The notes: generated by a model from the letters alone, not told the origin. Positions 7,457-16,464 are shown, counted from the stretch's first letter. The stretch: 63,207 bases of DNA from a virus (IMGVR_UViG_3300035670_000204:1-63207), one strand, 5' to 3'. Made by a program: numbers and translations.

Positions 7457-7681
7457 ATGACAAAAGATAACATAAATCCTGAGCACTATAAGTCCATGGG
7501 GCTGGAGTGCATTGACTGTATCCAAGGGGCCGTAATGGACCTTCCTGGAATGCAGGGATACCTTACTGGAAACGTGATGAAGTATATATGGCGGTTCCAG
7601 CGCAAAAACGGCGTCGAAGACCTGAACAAGGCCAAGTGGTACCTGGAGCGATTGATTAAAACCGTGGAGGAAGCGCAGTGA
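7457..7681 (+). CDS. DUF3310 (T7 gp1.7-like nucleotide kinase family) protein
   Basis: INPEHY...ECIDCI...GNVMKYIWR...KNGVEDLNKAKWYL signature. Confidence 0.9.
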   Translation: MTKDNINPEHYKSMGLECIDCIQGAVMDLPGMQGYLTGNVMKYIWRFQRKNGVEDLNKAKWYLERLIKTVEEAQ

Positions 7682-7941
7682 ATATAAATTTATATTTTGA
7701 CGTTGTTCAGCGTAGGAATGTCTTTGCCAAGGCGTGCCAAGAATGGGTCCTGACCTGCGAAGACACAGACAAGCATGACAAGTGGGTCCTTACCACCTGG
7801 GAGGGCAAGAAGCGCCCGTCAACGGCAGCGATACATAAAGCCATTGATGCCGCGCTGCAGGCGATGCGAATGTATAACACTATGGCGGCTGCGCGGAGCA
7901 CGTTCCACGTCTCGGCGCAATTTAATAACTTCGAGGAATAG
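7678..7941 (+). CDS. Hypothetical protein (87 aa)
   Basis: GTGA-coupled, GGAGG RBS. Confidence 0.7.
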   Translation: MNINLYFDVVQRRNVFAKACQEWVLTCEDTDKHDKWVLTTWEGKKRPSTAAIHKAIDAALQAMRMYNTMAAARSTFHVSAQFNNFEE

Positions 7942-7943
7942 CC

Positions 7944-8156
7944 ATGCCAAACCAAAACATAAATTGGGACAAGGTCCCCGAGTGGATGAATTACTTGGCC
8001 ATGGACAGCGACGGCCTTTGGTTCGGATATGCCGAAGAGCCGTACCACGAGCCGGGGTCGTCTACGTGGGACTACACGGGCCGTATGGCCACCCTGGACC
8101 GCGACGTATTTACTGACTTCACTGCGACACTAACCAAGCGCCCTAACGCGGAGTAA
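7944..8156 (+). CDS. Small Trp-motif phage protein (paralog 1)
   Basis: INWDKVPEWMNYLAMDSDGLWFGY; GAGGA RBS. Confidence 0.8.
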   Translation: MPNQNINWDKVPEWMNYLAMDSDGLWFGYAEEPYHEPGSSTWDYTGRMATLDRDVFTDFTATLTKRPNAE

Positions 8157-8160
8157 TAAC

Positions 8161-8442
8161 ATGAAGACCAAGACTGCTGATAGAAACATAAGAGTTGATA
8201 TTACCTACGAAGGTGAAGACTTCGACGGGTTCACGGATGACTTCTGCTACGAGCTGGAGACACACGGCATGGGGCTGGTCGCGGGCCTTGACGAGGATGC
8301 CATGCGGATAAAAGGCAACATCGTTCGGGACGATACGCGAACCAAGCGGCTGAGCGTGGATGATTTATATTATGTTCAAGACCTGGTCGCCCGGTTCGGA
8401 TTTTCCAAGTACGAACTGAGCATGTACCTGGACGCGAGTTAA
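8161..8442 (+). CDS. Hypothetical protein (93 aa)
   Basis: GGAG RBS, in operon. Confidence 0.75.
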   Translation: MKTKTADRNIRVDITYEGEDFDGFTDDFCYELETHGMGLVAGLDEDAMRIKGNIVRDDTRTKRLSVDDLYYVQDLVARFGFSKYELSMYLDAS

Positions 8443-8446
8443 GACC

Positions 8447-8866
8447 GTGCGCCCGTTCACCACCACTGAAGCGAAGATTATTCGTGAGTGGACGGGCACC
8501 CTCCCCGAGTTGGGTAGAAGACTGGACCGCACAGCCAAGTCTATCTCCCAATTTCGGGTTCGCTCTGGGATAGCCCGGAAACGTCAGAATGTATCTGCGG
8601 AGATGCGCCGGGATATCATAGCAGCAGCGAAGCGGGGTGACTCGCACAAACGGATTGCCACAAGAATGAATTTATGTCTTGAGACCGTTGGCATTGTGAC
8701 CAAAAACGCCGGGTTACATAGACGCAAAAAGTATTCTGAGGCAGAGCTACAGATTGTAGCTGAGTGGACTGGTACCCTCCGTGGCCTAGCTGAGAAGATA
8801 GGGCGAAGCGTACCGGCTATAAAATATATACGTCGCACTGTAAAGAAGGGGACTACCAATGTTTGA
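8447..8866 (+). CDS. Basic multi-HTH DNA-binding protein
   Basis: Two internal repeats (E..I..EWTGTL..L....R....I...R) flanking an HTH-like segment. Confidence 0.6.
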   Translation: MRPFTTTEAKIIREWTGTLPELGRRLDRTAKSISQFRVRSGIARKRQNVSAEMRRDIIAAAKRGDSHKRIATRMNLCLETVGIVTKNAGLHRRKKYSEAELQIVAEWTGTLRGLAEKIGRSVPAIKYIRRTVKKGTTNV

Positions 8867-8975
8867 AGATTGGATTTACACCATCATACACTATGCACTG
8901 GTGAGCGCCGGGGCGTTCACACTGCTGGGGTTTATTATTACTGCCATTGAAGGGAAAGACAATGAGCAAGATTAG
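8859..8975 (+). CDS. 38-aa single-TM peptide (not in ORF track)
   Basis: MFEDWIYTIIHYALVSAGAFTLLGFIITAIEGKDNEQD; AAGGGGA RBS; fills the gap between its neighbours. Confidence 0.65.
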   Translation: MFEDWIYTIIHYALVSAGAFTLLGFIITAIEGKDNEQD

Positions 8976-9258
8976 CGTTATGTTTGAAGTATCAGAGCCT
9001 AATCCGGATATAATACTTCAAGACAGGCTACACGCTGGGTTGTTGATGGACGACGTAACAGATGACATCGCAGCCCACCTCGAACACCGGAACCTTAGCC
9101 TGACTGGGATGTATACGCCATTCAAGTTCCACGGGTACCTGGTCGGAGCTGGAGATAGACTTAACTGCACGGTTACATTAGAGGATGAACTGCACCTAGG
9201 CGAATTCTTGAGCTTGAACCATCATGTGTGCGCGTACGATATAACAAACCAAAACTGA
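8962..9258 (+). CDS. Hypothetical protein
   Basis: ATG 8962 after AGGGA RBS. Confidence 0.75.
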   Translation: MSKISVMFEVSEPNPDIILQDRLHAGLLMDDVTDDIAAHLEHRNLSLTGMYTPFKFHGYLVGAGDRLNCTVTLEDELHLGEFLSLNHHVCAYDITNQN

Positions 9259-9267
9259 GGTGATGCC

Positions 9268-9726
9268 ATGACCGATACCATACGTTTGAATCAGCCACCC
9301 GAATGGGCAAAGTACAAGTCCATGGATGCAGATGGAATCTGGACCTTCTGGAGTCACAGACCTAGACCCCTGCGCTCCATGGGAATCTGGGTGTTCCCTG
9401 AAAACTGGAGCAAACACTTCCGCAGTGCCATCGTGACCGACACGAAGTCCGACCCGAGTAAGATGCCATACCAATGGTATGAGACAGTTCAGGCCCTACA
9501 CGACAGGCTGGAAATTTGCCGTATCTGTCTGGGTGATTGTGTGTGCGCAGACCCGGACCCCGAGCAGACTATATCTATTCCTGCGACATGCGTGTGCGAC
9601 TTAGAAGAGTGGGACTTGCGCGTCCTGTCCATCTCAGTCGTATGTGATAAGTTCGTTGCGCATGATATGTTAGACGATGCCTGTCAGGTATGTTTTCACA
9701 GCCGTAAGTGCCACGCGGAGGGCTAG
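9268..9726 (+). CDS. Trp-motif protein (paralog 2) with Cys-rich C-terminus
   Basis: PPEWAKYKSMDADGIWTFW; CxxC/CxC clusters; GAGGT RBS. Confidence 0.75.
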   Translation: MTDTIRLNQPPEWAKYKSMDADGIWTFWSHRPRPLRSMGIWVFPENWSKHFRSAIVTDTKSDPSKMPYQWYETVQALHDRLEICRICLGDCVCADPDPEQTISIPATCVCDLEEWDLRVLSISVVCDKFVAHDMLDDACQVCFHSRKCHAEG

Positions 9727-9728
9727 CC

Positions 9729-9986
9729 ATGATTGACCAAGAATATATAACAATGGTATTCCGCGCCAAAGACATGCCAGACGGAGATATATCTGACTTA
9801 CTCCGTATCCAATCGTGCGTTTATATGTCATGGGGGCATATTCCCTATGACTACGACAAGCTCAAGTACAGCGTGGATAACGCCAAAGAGCTAAACCACA
9901 TGAATGACCAGCTATGCCGCCAGCTTACAGCCCTGGAGCGTATGGCCAGCGCATTAGACCGCCTATCTGGAGGGCAGCATGATTGA
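9729..9986 (+). CDS. Hypothetical protein
   Basis: ATG 9729 after GGAGG RBS. Confidence 0.75.
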   Translation: MIDQEYITMVFRAKDMPDGDISDLLRIQSCVYMSWGHIPYDYDKLKYSVDNAKELNHMNDQLCRQLTALERMASALDRLSGGQHD

Positions 9987-10173
9987 TTGGAGCACCGCCC
10001 CCGCATGGGCTACCCATGCTGCGATGAATAGAAATATGTCTTGGTATTGGTTCTCGGCCAAGCCTATTCCCTGCGGCTGGACCTGGGCTGCACCCTTCGA
10101 AAACAGACTGCGGTTCGAAGCGCCCTGTTTCCCTGGGGATTGGACACAGTCATTACAGGAACGACCCGTATGA
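9979..10173 (+). CDS. Small Trp-motif phage protein (paralog 3)
   Basis: IDWSTAPAWATHAAMNRNMSWYWF...DWTQSLQERP. Confidence 0.8.
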   Translation: MIDWSTAPAWATHAAMNRNMSWYWFSAKPIPCGWTWAAPFENRLRFEAPCFPGDWTQSLQERPV

Positions 10174-11966
10174 ACATCATTACACTGGACTTTGAAACGT
10201 ACTACTCCAAGGAGTACACGTTATCAAAACTTACGACAGAAGCATACGTTCGGGATGCCCGCTTCGAGCCCATGATATTGGGTATCAAGATAAACGACGG
10301 CGAAACCTACTCGGTATCGGGGACAAAGAATATCAAGCTGGAGCTGGCAAATTTAGACATACGTAATAACGCTGTCCTGTGCCATCACACCCACTTCGAC
10401 GGGCTGATACTGTCCCACTGGTACGGCCTGGTTCCGCTGCTGTACCTGGACACCCTGAGCATGGCCAGAGCGGTCCTGCCTCCTATGCGGTCCCGCAGCT
10501 TGCGAAAGCTGGCCGAAGCCCTGGGCGTAGGGGTGAAGGGCTCGGAGGTGGACAACGCCATTGGGTACCACCTGAAAGACCTAAAGCCCCTGCAGCTTGA
10601 CACGTACGAGACCTACTGCCGTAACGACGTAGACTTGACCTGGCGCATCTTCCGGCGCCTGGCCAAGTTGATGCCAAAGCAAGAGCTGGCCATTATTGAC
10701 ATGGTGATTCGTATGTTCACCTGTCCACGGTTTGAGCTGGACCCAGAGGTTTTGAATACTGAGCTGTACGTTTTGAGAAAGAACAAGGCTACGTTACTCA
10801 AGAGCGTAGGCGTAGACCAAATCGAGCTGATGTCCAACGACCGCCTGGCTGCCCTTCTGGCGTCTTACGGCGTTGACCCACCGACCAAGCTGAGCGTTCG
10901 TACCAACCGCCAGACGTATGCGTTCGCAAAGAACGACGAGGCGTTCCAAGCCCTGGCAGACCACCCTAATCCGGACGTACAGGCCATCGTAGCGGCGAGG
11001 CTGGCCCACAAGTCCACCATCTTTGAGACCCGCGCAGACAGGCTCCTAGGGGTGCAGCAGCGCGGCCCGGCTCCGGTGTACATCGTGTACTACGGCGCGA
11101 AGCAAACGGGACGCATGTCCGGAGGCGATAAGCTGAACTGGCAGAACATGGGGCGAGGGAGCTTTCTGCGCCGGGCGGTACGTGCCCCTGCAGGATACAA
11201 AATCGTAGCTGTGGACAGTAGCAACATCGAAGCCCGCGTCCTGGATTGGCTGGCGGGGGAAGACCTGAGCGTGTACATGACTGGCGACCCATACTGCGCC
11301 CTGGCGTCGAAGATATACGACAAGCCCGTCACTGAAGATGACAAAGCAGAACGTATGTTAGGAAAAATAGCCAAGTTGGGATTGGGCTACGGTATGGGGG
11401 CGATGAAATTCATCACGACTTGTAAGGGTTGGGGCGTTGACATTGACCCGCAGTTTGCTGAGATGGTTGTAGATGTTTATAGGAATTCGAACCTGAGAGT
11501 CAAAGCCCTGTGGAAACGGTTCAATGATATAATACCTGCCTTGGCAACTAATAAACAAGGGCATGTAATAGACCCGAGAGAGTTGCTTATTACCGACGAT
11601 ATGAGTATAATACTCCCCAATGGGTTGAAGATAATGTACCCCGAATTATCTTATGACAGAAAGACCCGAGAGTATTCATTCTATAACGGTAAGTCACGGG
11701 AGAAACTTTATGGTGGAAAAATAACTGAAAACGTAGTTCAGGCACTGGCGAGAATAATTGTAATAGACCAAACATTAGAGCTGTCAGAACACTATCCTGT
11801 ATCCCTCACCGTACACGATGAGGCGGTGATGGTGGTACCCGAGCGGGATGCGGAACACGCGGCGCAATTATCGAAAGACCTATTTAGTACACCGCCGATA
11901 TGGGCACCCGACTTACCACTGGCAGCAAAAGCAAGCATCGGAGATACTTATGCTGACTGCAAATAA
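10170..11966 (+). CDS. polA: Family A DNA polymerase with 3'-5' exonuclease domain
   Basis: Exo I LDFETY, TGRMS, motif A DSSNIEAR, motif B RxxGKxxxLGxGYG, motif C VHDE; start at ATG 10170 (ATGA overlap). Confidence 0.95.
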   Translation: MNIITLDFETYYSKEYTLSKLTTEAYVRDARFEPMILGIKINDGETYSVSGTKNIKLELANLDIRNNAVLCHHTHFDGLILSHWYGLVPLLYLDTLSMARAVLPPMRSRSLRKLAEALGVGVKGSEVDNAIGYHLKDLKPLQLDTYETYCRNDVDLTWRIFRRLAKLMPKQELAIIDMVIRMFTCPRFELDPEVLNTELYVLRKNKATLLKSVGVDQIELMSNDRLAALLASYGVDPPTKLSVRTNRQTYAFAKNDEAFQALADHPNPDVQAIVAARLAHKSTIFETRADRLLGVQQRGPAPVYIVYYGAKQTGRMSGGDKLNWQNMGRGSFLRRAVRAPAGYKIVAVDSSNIEARVLDWLAGEDLSVYMTGDPYCALASKIYDKPVTEDDKAERMLGKIAKLGLGYGMGAMKFITTCKGWGVDIDPQFAEMVVDVYRNSNLRVKALWKRFNDIIPALATNKQGHVIDPRELLITDDMSIILPNGLKIMYPELSYDRKTREYSFYNGKSREKLYGGKITENVVQALARIIVIDQTLELSEHYPVSLTVHDEAVMVVPERDAEHAAQLSKDLFSTPPIWAPDLPLAAKASIGDTYADCK

Positions 11967-12165
11967 CAATAGGTGTAACAGTAACTACATGGCCAGATTA
12001 AAGCTACAAGGTTACGATATACGGTTTGATATATCTGACGCGGGGATATCCATAATATCCAATACTACGGGGCGCAGGTATAACCCGCCCGCAGCAAATA
12101 TATGCGATGCGTTTAACATGGCAATAGCCGACATTGAAGCTAACGAGGTGTACCTAGATGAGTAA
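11950..12165 (+). CDS. Hypothetical protein (71 aa)
   Basis: GGAGA RBS before ATG 11950. Confidence 0.65.
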   Translation: MLTANNNRCNSNYMARLKLQGYDIRFDISDAGISIISNTTGRRYNPPAANICDAFNMAIADIEANEVYLDE

Positions 12166-13093
12166 TATATACGCCGCTGTGATAGAAGATTCACTGTTCC
12201 CGAAGGGTGACCCGGTTAAGCATAGGCTAATCAGTATTGAGATATATCTTCCAAAGATATTAGATGCTGAGTTTGAAAAGCACCGGTCCATAAATTCTAA
12301 CTCAAGCTCCGACAGGGCCATGAGTTTTACTCGCGTCTCCTGCATGGACCCTTTTATACCGAGTGACATTCGGATATCCAACGTATCCATGCGCAGCGAC
12401 AGTCCGGCCCCTTCAGCCGTAGCGGATAGTTTTATCCAGACCGTGATGGAGCTACGCGACTACACGATAGACAAGCTGCATCCATTCCATAAGATGATAC
12501 ATAAGCAACATCTTAACCGGTACATGGTCGCTTACTCGATGCAGAAGAAGTTGGCCACGGCGACCCTGGACTGGTGGAACTACTTCATCAAGTTGCGGGC
12601 CGCCCCCGATGCAGACCCGGCGATTATCAAAGTTGCGCGGTGCATCCAACAGGCCATTCAAGCATCGGAGCCCGTAGACCCCGCCGAGAAAGTTGGGCAC
12701 TTATGTTATATTACAAAAGAAGAGCGCCGAACCCTTGCCTACGAATACCCTATCCTGGCCCTTGCGTCGGCGGCTCGCTGTGCCAGAACTAGCTACCTTC
12801 GAGATGGGGTGAACGCACCTACGCTAGAGGATGACTTGATTCGCGCCAACAAGCTCATCGACGACATACACCTGACACCCTTCGACCATCAGGCGACTCC
12901 GACGACTGTCACGCAGGTCACCAATCAGGCGCTATCCTGGGGGGACCTGACTGAGTTGCTACACGACGCAACCCACATCGACAGAGAAGGGTTCGTATGG
13001 TGTAACAGCCTCAGAGGGTGGAGCCAGTTCCGAACTCACCCCCTGGTGACCCGTGGGCGTGACCTATATGGCCCAGCCAAAGAGGAAGCGTAA
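12158..13093 (+). CDS. thyX: FAD-dependent thymidylate synthase (ThyX-like)
   Basis: AEFEKHRSINSNSSSDRA, HKQHLNR, SAARCARTSY and HLTPFDHQA motifs of the phage ThyX subgroup. Confidence 0.85.
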   Translation: MSNIYAAVIEDSLFPKGDPVKHRLISIEIYLPKILDAEFEKHRSINSNSSSDRAMSFTRVSCMDPFIPSDIRISNVSMRSDSPAPSAVADSFIQTVMELRDYTIDKLHPFHKMIHKQHLNRYMVAYSMQKKLATATLDWWNYFIKLRAAPDADPAIIKVARCIQQAIQASEPVDPAEKVGHLCYITKEERRTLAYEYPILALASAARCARTSYLRDGVNAPTLEDDLIRANKLIDDIHLTPFDHQATPTTVTQVTNQALSWGDLTELLHDATHIDREGFVWCNSLRGWSQFRTHPLVTRGRDLYGPAKEEA

Positions 13094-13537
13094 ATGCCAA
13101 CTATGCGCCCGTCTTGGGATGAAACCTGGCTGTCCATTGCCCACACCATGGCCGAACGTACGACCTGCAGAAGTGGCCGCGCTGTGGGAGCTGTTGCAGT
13201 ACGAGACAAGCGCCAAATCGCCAGCGGGTACAACGGGGTTCCCTCGGGTGTAGACCACCCTACGCGCTGTATACGCCGGGAGCAGAAGATACCATCAGGG
13301 CACTCCCCCCACCTGTGCGGATGCCAACATGCGGAGAGTAACTTGGTAGCCTCGGCTGCGCGGTTTGGGATTCCCCTAGAAGGGGCGACGGTGTATCTGA
13401 CCTGTTCGCCGTGCATCGCCTGTGTCGGGATGCTGGCACATGCGGGGGTAATTGAAGTCGTGTACGCTGACGCATACCCAGACGATGCCGCGCTGCGGAT
13501 TGGAGCGCAGTCTGGGATACTGTTACGTAAAGCCTAA
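13094..13537 (+). CDS. dCMP deaminase
   Basis: RPSWDE, SGYNG, HAE and SPCIAC zinc motifs. Confidence 0.95.
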   Translation: MPTMRPSWDETWLSIAHTMAERTTCRSGRAVGAVAVRDKRQIASGYNGVPSGVDHPTRCIRREQKIPSGHSPHLCGCQHAESNLVASAARFGIPLEGATVYLTCSPCIACVGMLAHAGVIEVVYADAYPDDAALRIGAQSGILLRKA

Positions 13538-13575
13538 ATAAAAAGCCCGCGTCCTAGTGTCGGCTAGGAGCGGGC
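13536..13575 (-). terminator. Intrinsic terminator, minus strand
   Basis: GCCCGCTCCTAG-CCGACA-CTAGGACGCGGGC-TTTTTATTT. Confidence 0.8.
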
Positions 13576-13608
13576 CAAGGGGTGTGGTCAAGACCGCTGC
13601 GTTCACGA
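13536..13608 (-). ncRNA. Putative ~70-nt antisense small RNA
   Basis: Bounded by its own promoter (13614..13642) and intrinsic terminator (13536..13575); no ORF. Confidence 0.65.
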
Positions 13609-13613
13609 TTCAG

Positions 13614-13642
13614 AGTATAGCGGGACCAATTTTTGCCGTCAA
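13614..13642 (-). promoter_or_regulatory. sigma70 promoter TTGACG-N17-TATACT, antisense to the replication operon
   Basis: Same hexamers and spacing as the sense promoter at 16436..16464. Confidence 0.75.
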
Positions 13643-13657
13643 CATGAGGATACTGCC

Positions 13658-13918
13658 ATGCCATCCAGCCCGAACTACAAACGCAATTACGACCAAGAGT
13701 ACGCCACGGCTAAATCGCGGGGCGAGGTAGAAGGCTCCCGTCTCCGCAAGCAAGCCAGACGGGACATGCTGAAGCGCGGCATGGTCCGACCCGGCCAAGA
13801 CGTAGACCACAAGAAGCCCCTATCCAAAGGTGGGTCGAATGCAAAAGGTAATCTACGAGCGGCACCACCCAGCAAGAACCGGTCCTTTCCACGAAACAAA
13901 GATGGGAGCATGAAGTAA
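13658..13918 (+). CDS. Small HNH endonuclease-family protein
   Basis: DVDHKKPLSKGGSN..GNLR.....NRS. Confidence 0.85.
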   Translation: MPSSPNYKRNYDQEYATAKSRGEVEGSRLRKQARRDMLKRGMVRPGQDVDHKKPLSKGGSNAKGNLRAAPPSKNRSFPRNKDGSMK

Positions 13919-14590
13919 ATGTCAAACCTGGGGTTTCCATGGTCATACTCACGACTCACCGCGTACGAGACGTGTCCTAGACAGTATGAACATAAGTACA
14001 TACTAAAGACGACGAAGGACGACACCAACGAGGCCGCGATATGGGGCGTGATGGTCCACGAAGCATTTGAGTTGGCCTTGACCCATGGGACCCCACTCCC
14101 TGAGTCCCTTCAAACCCATCAACCCTACATAGATTACATCGCTGGGATACCGAGCGAGACCCGGCTGATAGAGCATGAGCTGTGCCTATCCGAGTCGATG
14201 GACCCCTGCGCCTGGGACGCTGAGAACGCCTGGGTGCGGGGTATCCTGGACGTACTGATTATGAAGGGCGACAAGGCCCTGGTGATAGACCACAAAACCG
14301 GAGCCAAGAAATATAACTTACGTCAGCTCAAGCTGTTTGCCCTGTTGGTGTTCTGGACCTATCCCCATATCAACAAGTGTCGTACAATATACGCCTGGGT
14401 GAAGACTGGTGCGACCACCATTGAGGACTTCAACCGGGACCAAGTTGCTACCCTATGGGGTGCGTTTTCCGACAGTATCAATTTATATAGAAAGGCACAT
14501 GAGACCAATCGGTACATACCGCGCCCTTCTGGGTTATGTCGCGGCTGGTGCCCTGTTTCATCGTGCGTGTTTTGGTCCGCGAAAGGATAA
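13919..14590 (+). CDS. PD-(D/E)XK Cas4/RecB-like exonuclease
   Basis: WSYSRL..YETCP, RGILD, IDHKTG, QLKLF, C-terminal CxxxCxxxxC. Confidence 0.9.
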   Translation: MSNLGFPWSYSRLTAYETCPRQYEHKYILKTTKDDTNEAAIWGVMVHEAFELALTHGTPLPESLQTHQPYIDYIAGIPSETRLIEHELCLSESMDPCAWDAENAWVRGILDVLIMKGDKALVIDHKTGAKKYNLRQLKLFALLVFWTYPHINKCRTIYAWVKTGATTIEDFNRDQVATLWGAFSDSINLYRKAHETNRYIPRPSGLCRGWCPVSSCVFWSAKG

Positions 14591-14594
14591 ACCT

Positions 14595-14891
14595 ATGGCT
14601 GCACGAACCCCAGAAGGCAAGGTAAAAGCGAAAATCAACGCCGTCCTAAAACGGCACCCCTGCTACTCCCACATGCCCGTACTGAACGGCATGGGAGCGC
14701 CCACCCTGGACTACATTGGATGCTCCAAAGGGCGGTTTTTCGCCATCGAAGCGAAGCGCGACGGCAACAGCCTGTCTCCGCGCCAAGTGCTGACTGCAGA
14801 AAAGATGCGTAGTGCGGGGGCGAAGCTGTTTGTTATCGTCGGGGAAGACTCCCCTGTGCTGCAAGAACTGGAGGACTGGTTATGCTCATAG
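14595..14891 (+). CDS. VRR-NUC nuclease
   Basis: TPEGKVK, LDYIGC, FAIEAKR, SPRQ; start at ATG 14595. Confidence 0.85.
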   Translation: MAARTPEGKVKAKINAVLKRHPCYSHMPVLNGMGAPTLDYIGCSKGRFFAIEAKRDGNSLSPRQVLTAEKMRSAGAKLFVIVGEDSPVLQELEDWLCS

Positions 14892-16453
14892 TGCCAGAAC
14901 ATAAAGCTGTACTATTGCGGTCAAAAAACCCTGGGATGTTACATAAGCTCCTGCCTGCCCATACGCGGAGCATAGATTACAACGGACATAACGTCGCGGT
15001 CAGGCATACACTGGACACGGCGAAAATCCTGCAGAACCTAGGCATAAAAGTCCCGAGCCCCATTTCGTGGGATTACCACTGGCCGCGCCCATCGCGGTTC
15101 CAGCATGTATTCTTGCACCAAAAAGAGACTGCCGAGTTCCTTACGCTGCACCCCCGCGCCTGTGTGTTCAACGAGATGGGGACCAGCAAAACCGCCAGTG
15201 CGCTCTGGGCCACGGACTATCTGATGCAGTGCAATAAGGTCCAGAAAGCCTTGATTATCGCCCCGCTGAGCACCCTGGAGCCGGTGTGGCAGCGTGAGCT
15301 ATTCGACGTGCTCATGCACAGAACGCATGTTGTATTACGGGGAAGTCGGGATACTCGCCTCCGCCTGCTCGACGGAGATTTCGACGTATATATTATTAAC
15401 ATCGACGCCATAGATATTATTCATAAGGCCGTGATGGCACGTCCAGACATAAATTTAATTATTGCGGACGAGGCCCACAAGTTCCGCAACGGCCAGACCA
15501 AGCGGTATGAAACCTTCTCGGCCATGGTACAGCCCGCTGACCGGCGCGTATGGCTCATGACCGGGACCCCGTTCCCGAACGCCCCGACCGACGCCTGGGC
15601 ACTGGCCCACCTGATGAAGTCCCCTACTATACCGAAATGGTTCGGAGAGTGGCGGCGGCGCACCATGTTCCAAATCAACGCCACCCGCTGGCTCCCCAAG
15701 CCGGGTAGCTTCGAGCTGGCCTACAACGCGGTTCAACCAGCCATACGTTTCAAAAAGAGCGAGTGCCTGGACCTCCCGCCCATGTTGGTGGAGAACGCGG
15801 CGTGTCAACTGTCCGAGGCCCAAATATCGGCCTACCGCACCATGCTGAAGTCCTTCGTTGCTGAAACAGACGTTGGAGCTATTTCAGCGGTCAATGCGGC
15901 TGACCGGCTGAACAAGCTGCGTCAAATTTTGTGCGGGGTCGTAAAAAATACAGATACCGGGGAATATGTAATCTTGGACCATAAGCCCAGAGTGGCCGTG
16001 TTGAAAGACGCCATCGAGAGCGCATCCAGCAAGGTCCTGGTCATCGTGCCGTACAAGGGCATCATCCGAGCCTTGGAACAGGATTTATATAAAGACTATT
16101 CCTGCGCCATTTTGAACGGAGACGTACCCCCCAAAGAGCGTGTAGAGATACTAAACAGATTTAAGCACGAGCCAGACCCGCACGTCTTGTTATGTCACCC
16201 AAAAGTTATGGCCCATGGGTTGACATTAACCGAAGCGGATACCATAATCTTCTACGCGCCGATTTATTCCAGTGATGAAGCGCAACAGGTTGTGGACCGC
16301 ATAAACAGGCCCGGACAGACCCGTAAAATGACGGTTGTACGTATGGCCGCGACCACCCTGGAGTGGGATATTTACAAGATTTTGGACAATAAAAAAGAAT
16401 ATCAGGAGTCGATACTGGATTTGTATAAAAAAGCCTTGACGGCTGATATATAA
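14882..16453 (+). CDS. SNF2-like SF2 helicase
   Basis: EMGTSKT, DEAH, MTGTP, HGLTL, Q..DRINRPGQ. Confidence 0.92.
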   Translation: MLIVPEHKAVLLRSKNPGMLHKLLPAHTRSIDYNGHNVAVRHTLDTAKILQNLGIKVPSPISWDYHWPRPSRFQHVFLHQKETAEFLTLHPRACVFNEMGTSKTASALWATDYLMQCNKVQKALIIAPLSTLEPVWQRELFDVLMHRTHVVLRGSRDTRLRLLDGDFDVYIINIDAIDIIHKAVMARPDINLIIADEAHKFRNGQTKRYETFSAMVQPADRRVWLMTGTPFPNAPTDAWALAHLMKSPTIPKWFGEWRRRTMFQINATRWLPKPGSFELAYNAVQPAIRFKKSECLDLPPMLVENAACQLSEAQISAYRTMLKSFVAETDVGAISAVNAADRLNKLRQILCGVVKNTDTGEYVILDHKPRVAVLKDAIESASSKVLVIVPYKGIIRALEQDLYKDYSCAILNGDVPPKERVEILNRFKHEPDPHVLLCHPKVMAHGLTLTEADTIIFYAPIYSSDEAQQVVDRINRPGQTRKMTVVRMAATTLEWDIYKILDNKKEYQESILDLYKKALTADI

Positions 16454-16464
16454 CCGGCTATACT
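16436..16464 (+). promoter_or_regulatory. sigma70 promoter TTGACG-N17-TATACT
   Basis: Near-consensus hexamers upstream of ORF 16508. Confidence 0.8.

Noticed and set aside
7198-7470. 90-aa ORF
   Set aside because: Overlaps 7029..7289 and has no clear start; a shorter GTG version is possible but unsupported.
12158-13537. DNA hypermodification pathway
   Set aside because: ThyX and dCMP deaminase are ordinary dTTP-supply enzymes; no transferase or base-modification genes were recognised.
13576-13612. tRNA or CRISPR-repeat mimic
   Set aside because: No cloverleaf or T-loop. GTTCAC resembles a type I-F repeat start, but the rest and the hairpin do not match.
13919-14590. CRISPR-Cas locus around the Cas4-like gene
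   Set aside because: No array or other cas genes; solo Cas4-like exonucleases are standard in such replication modules.
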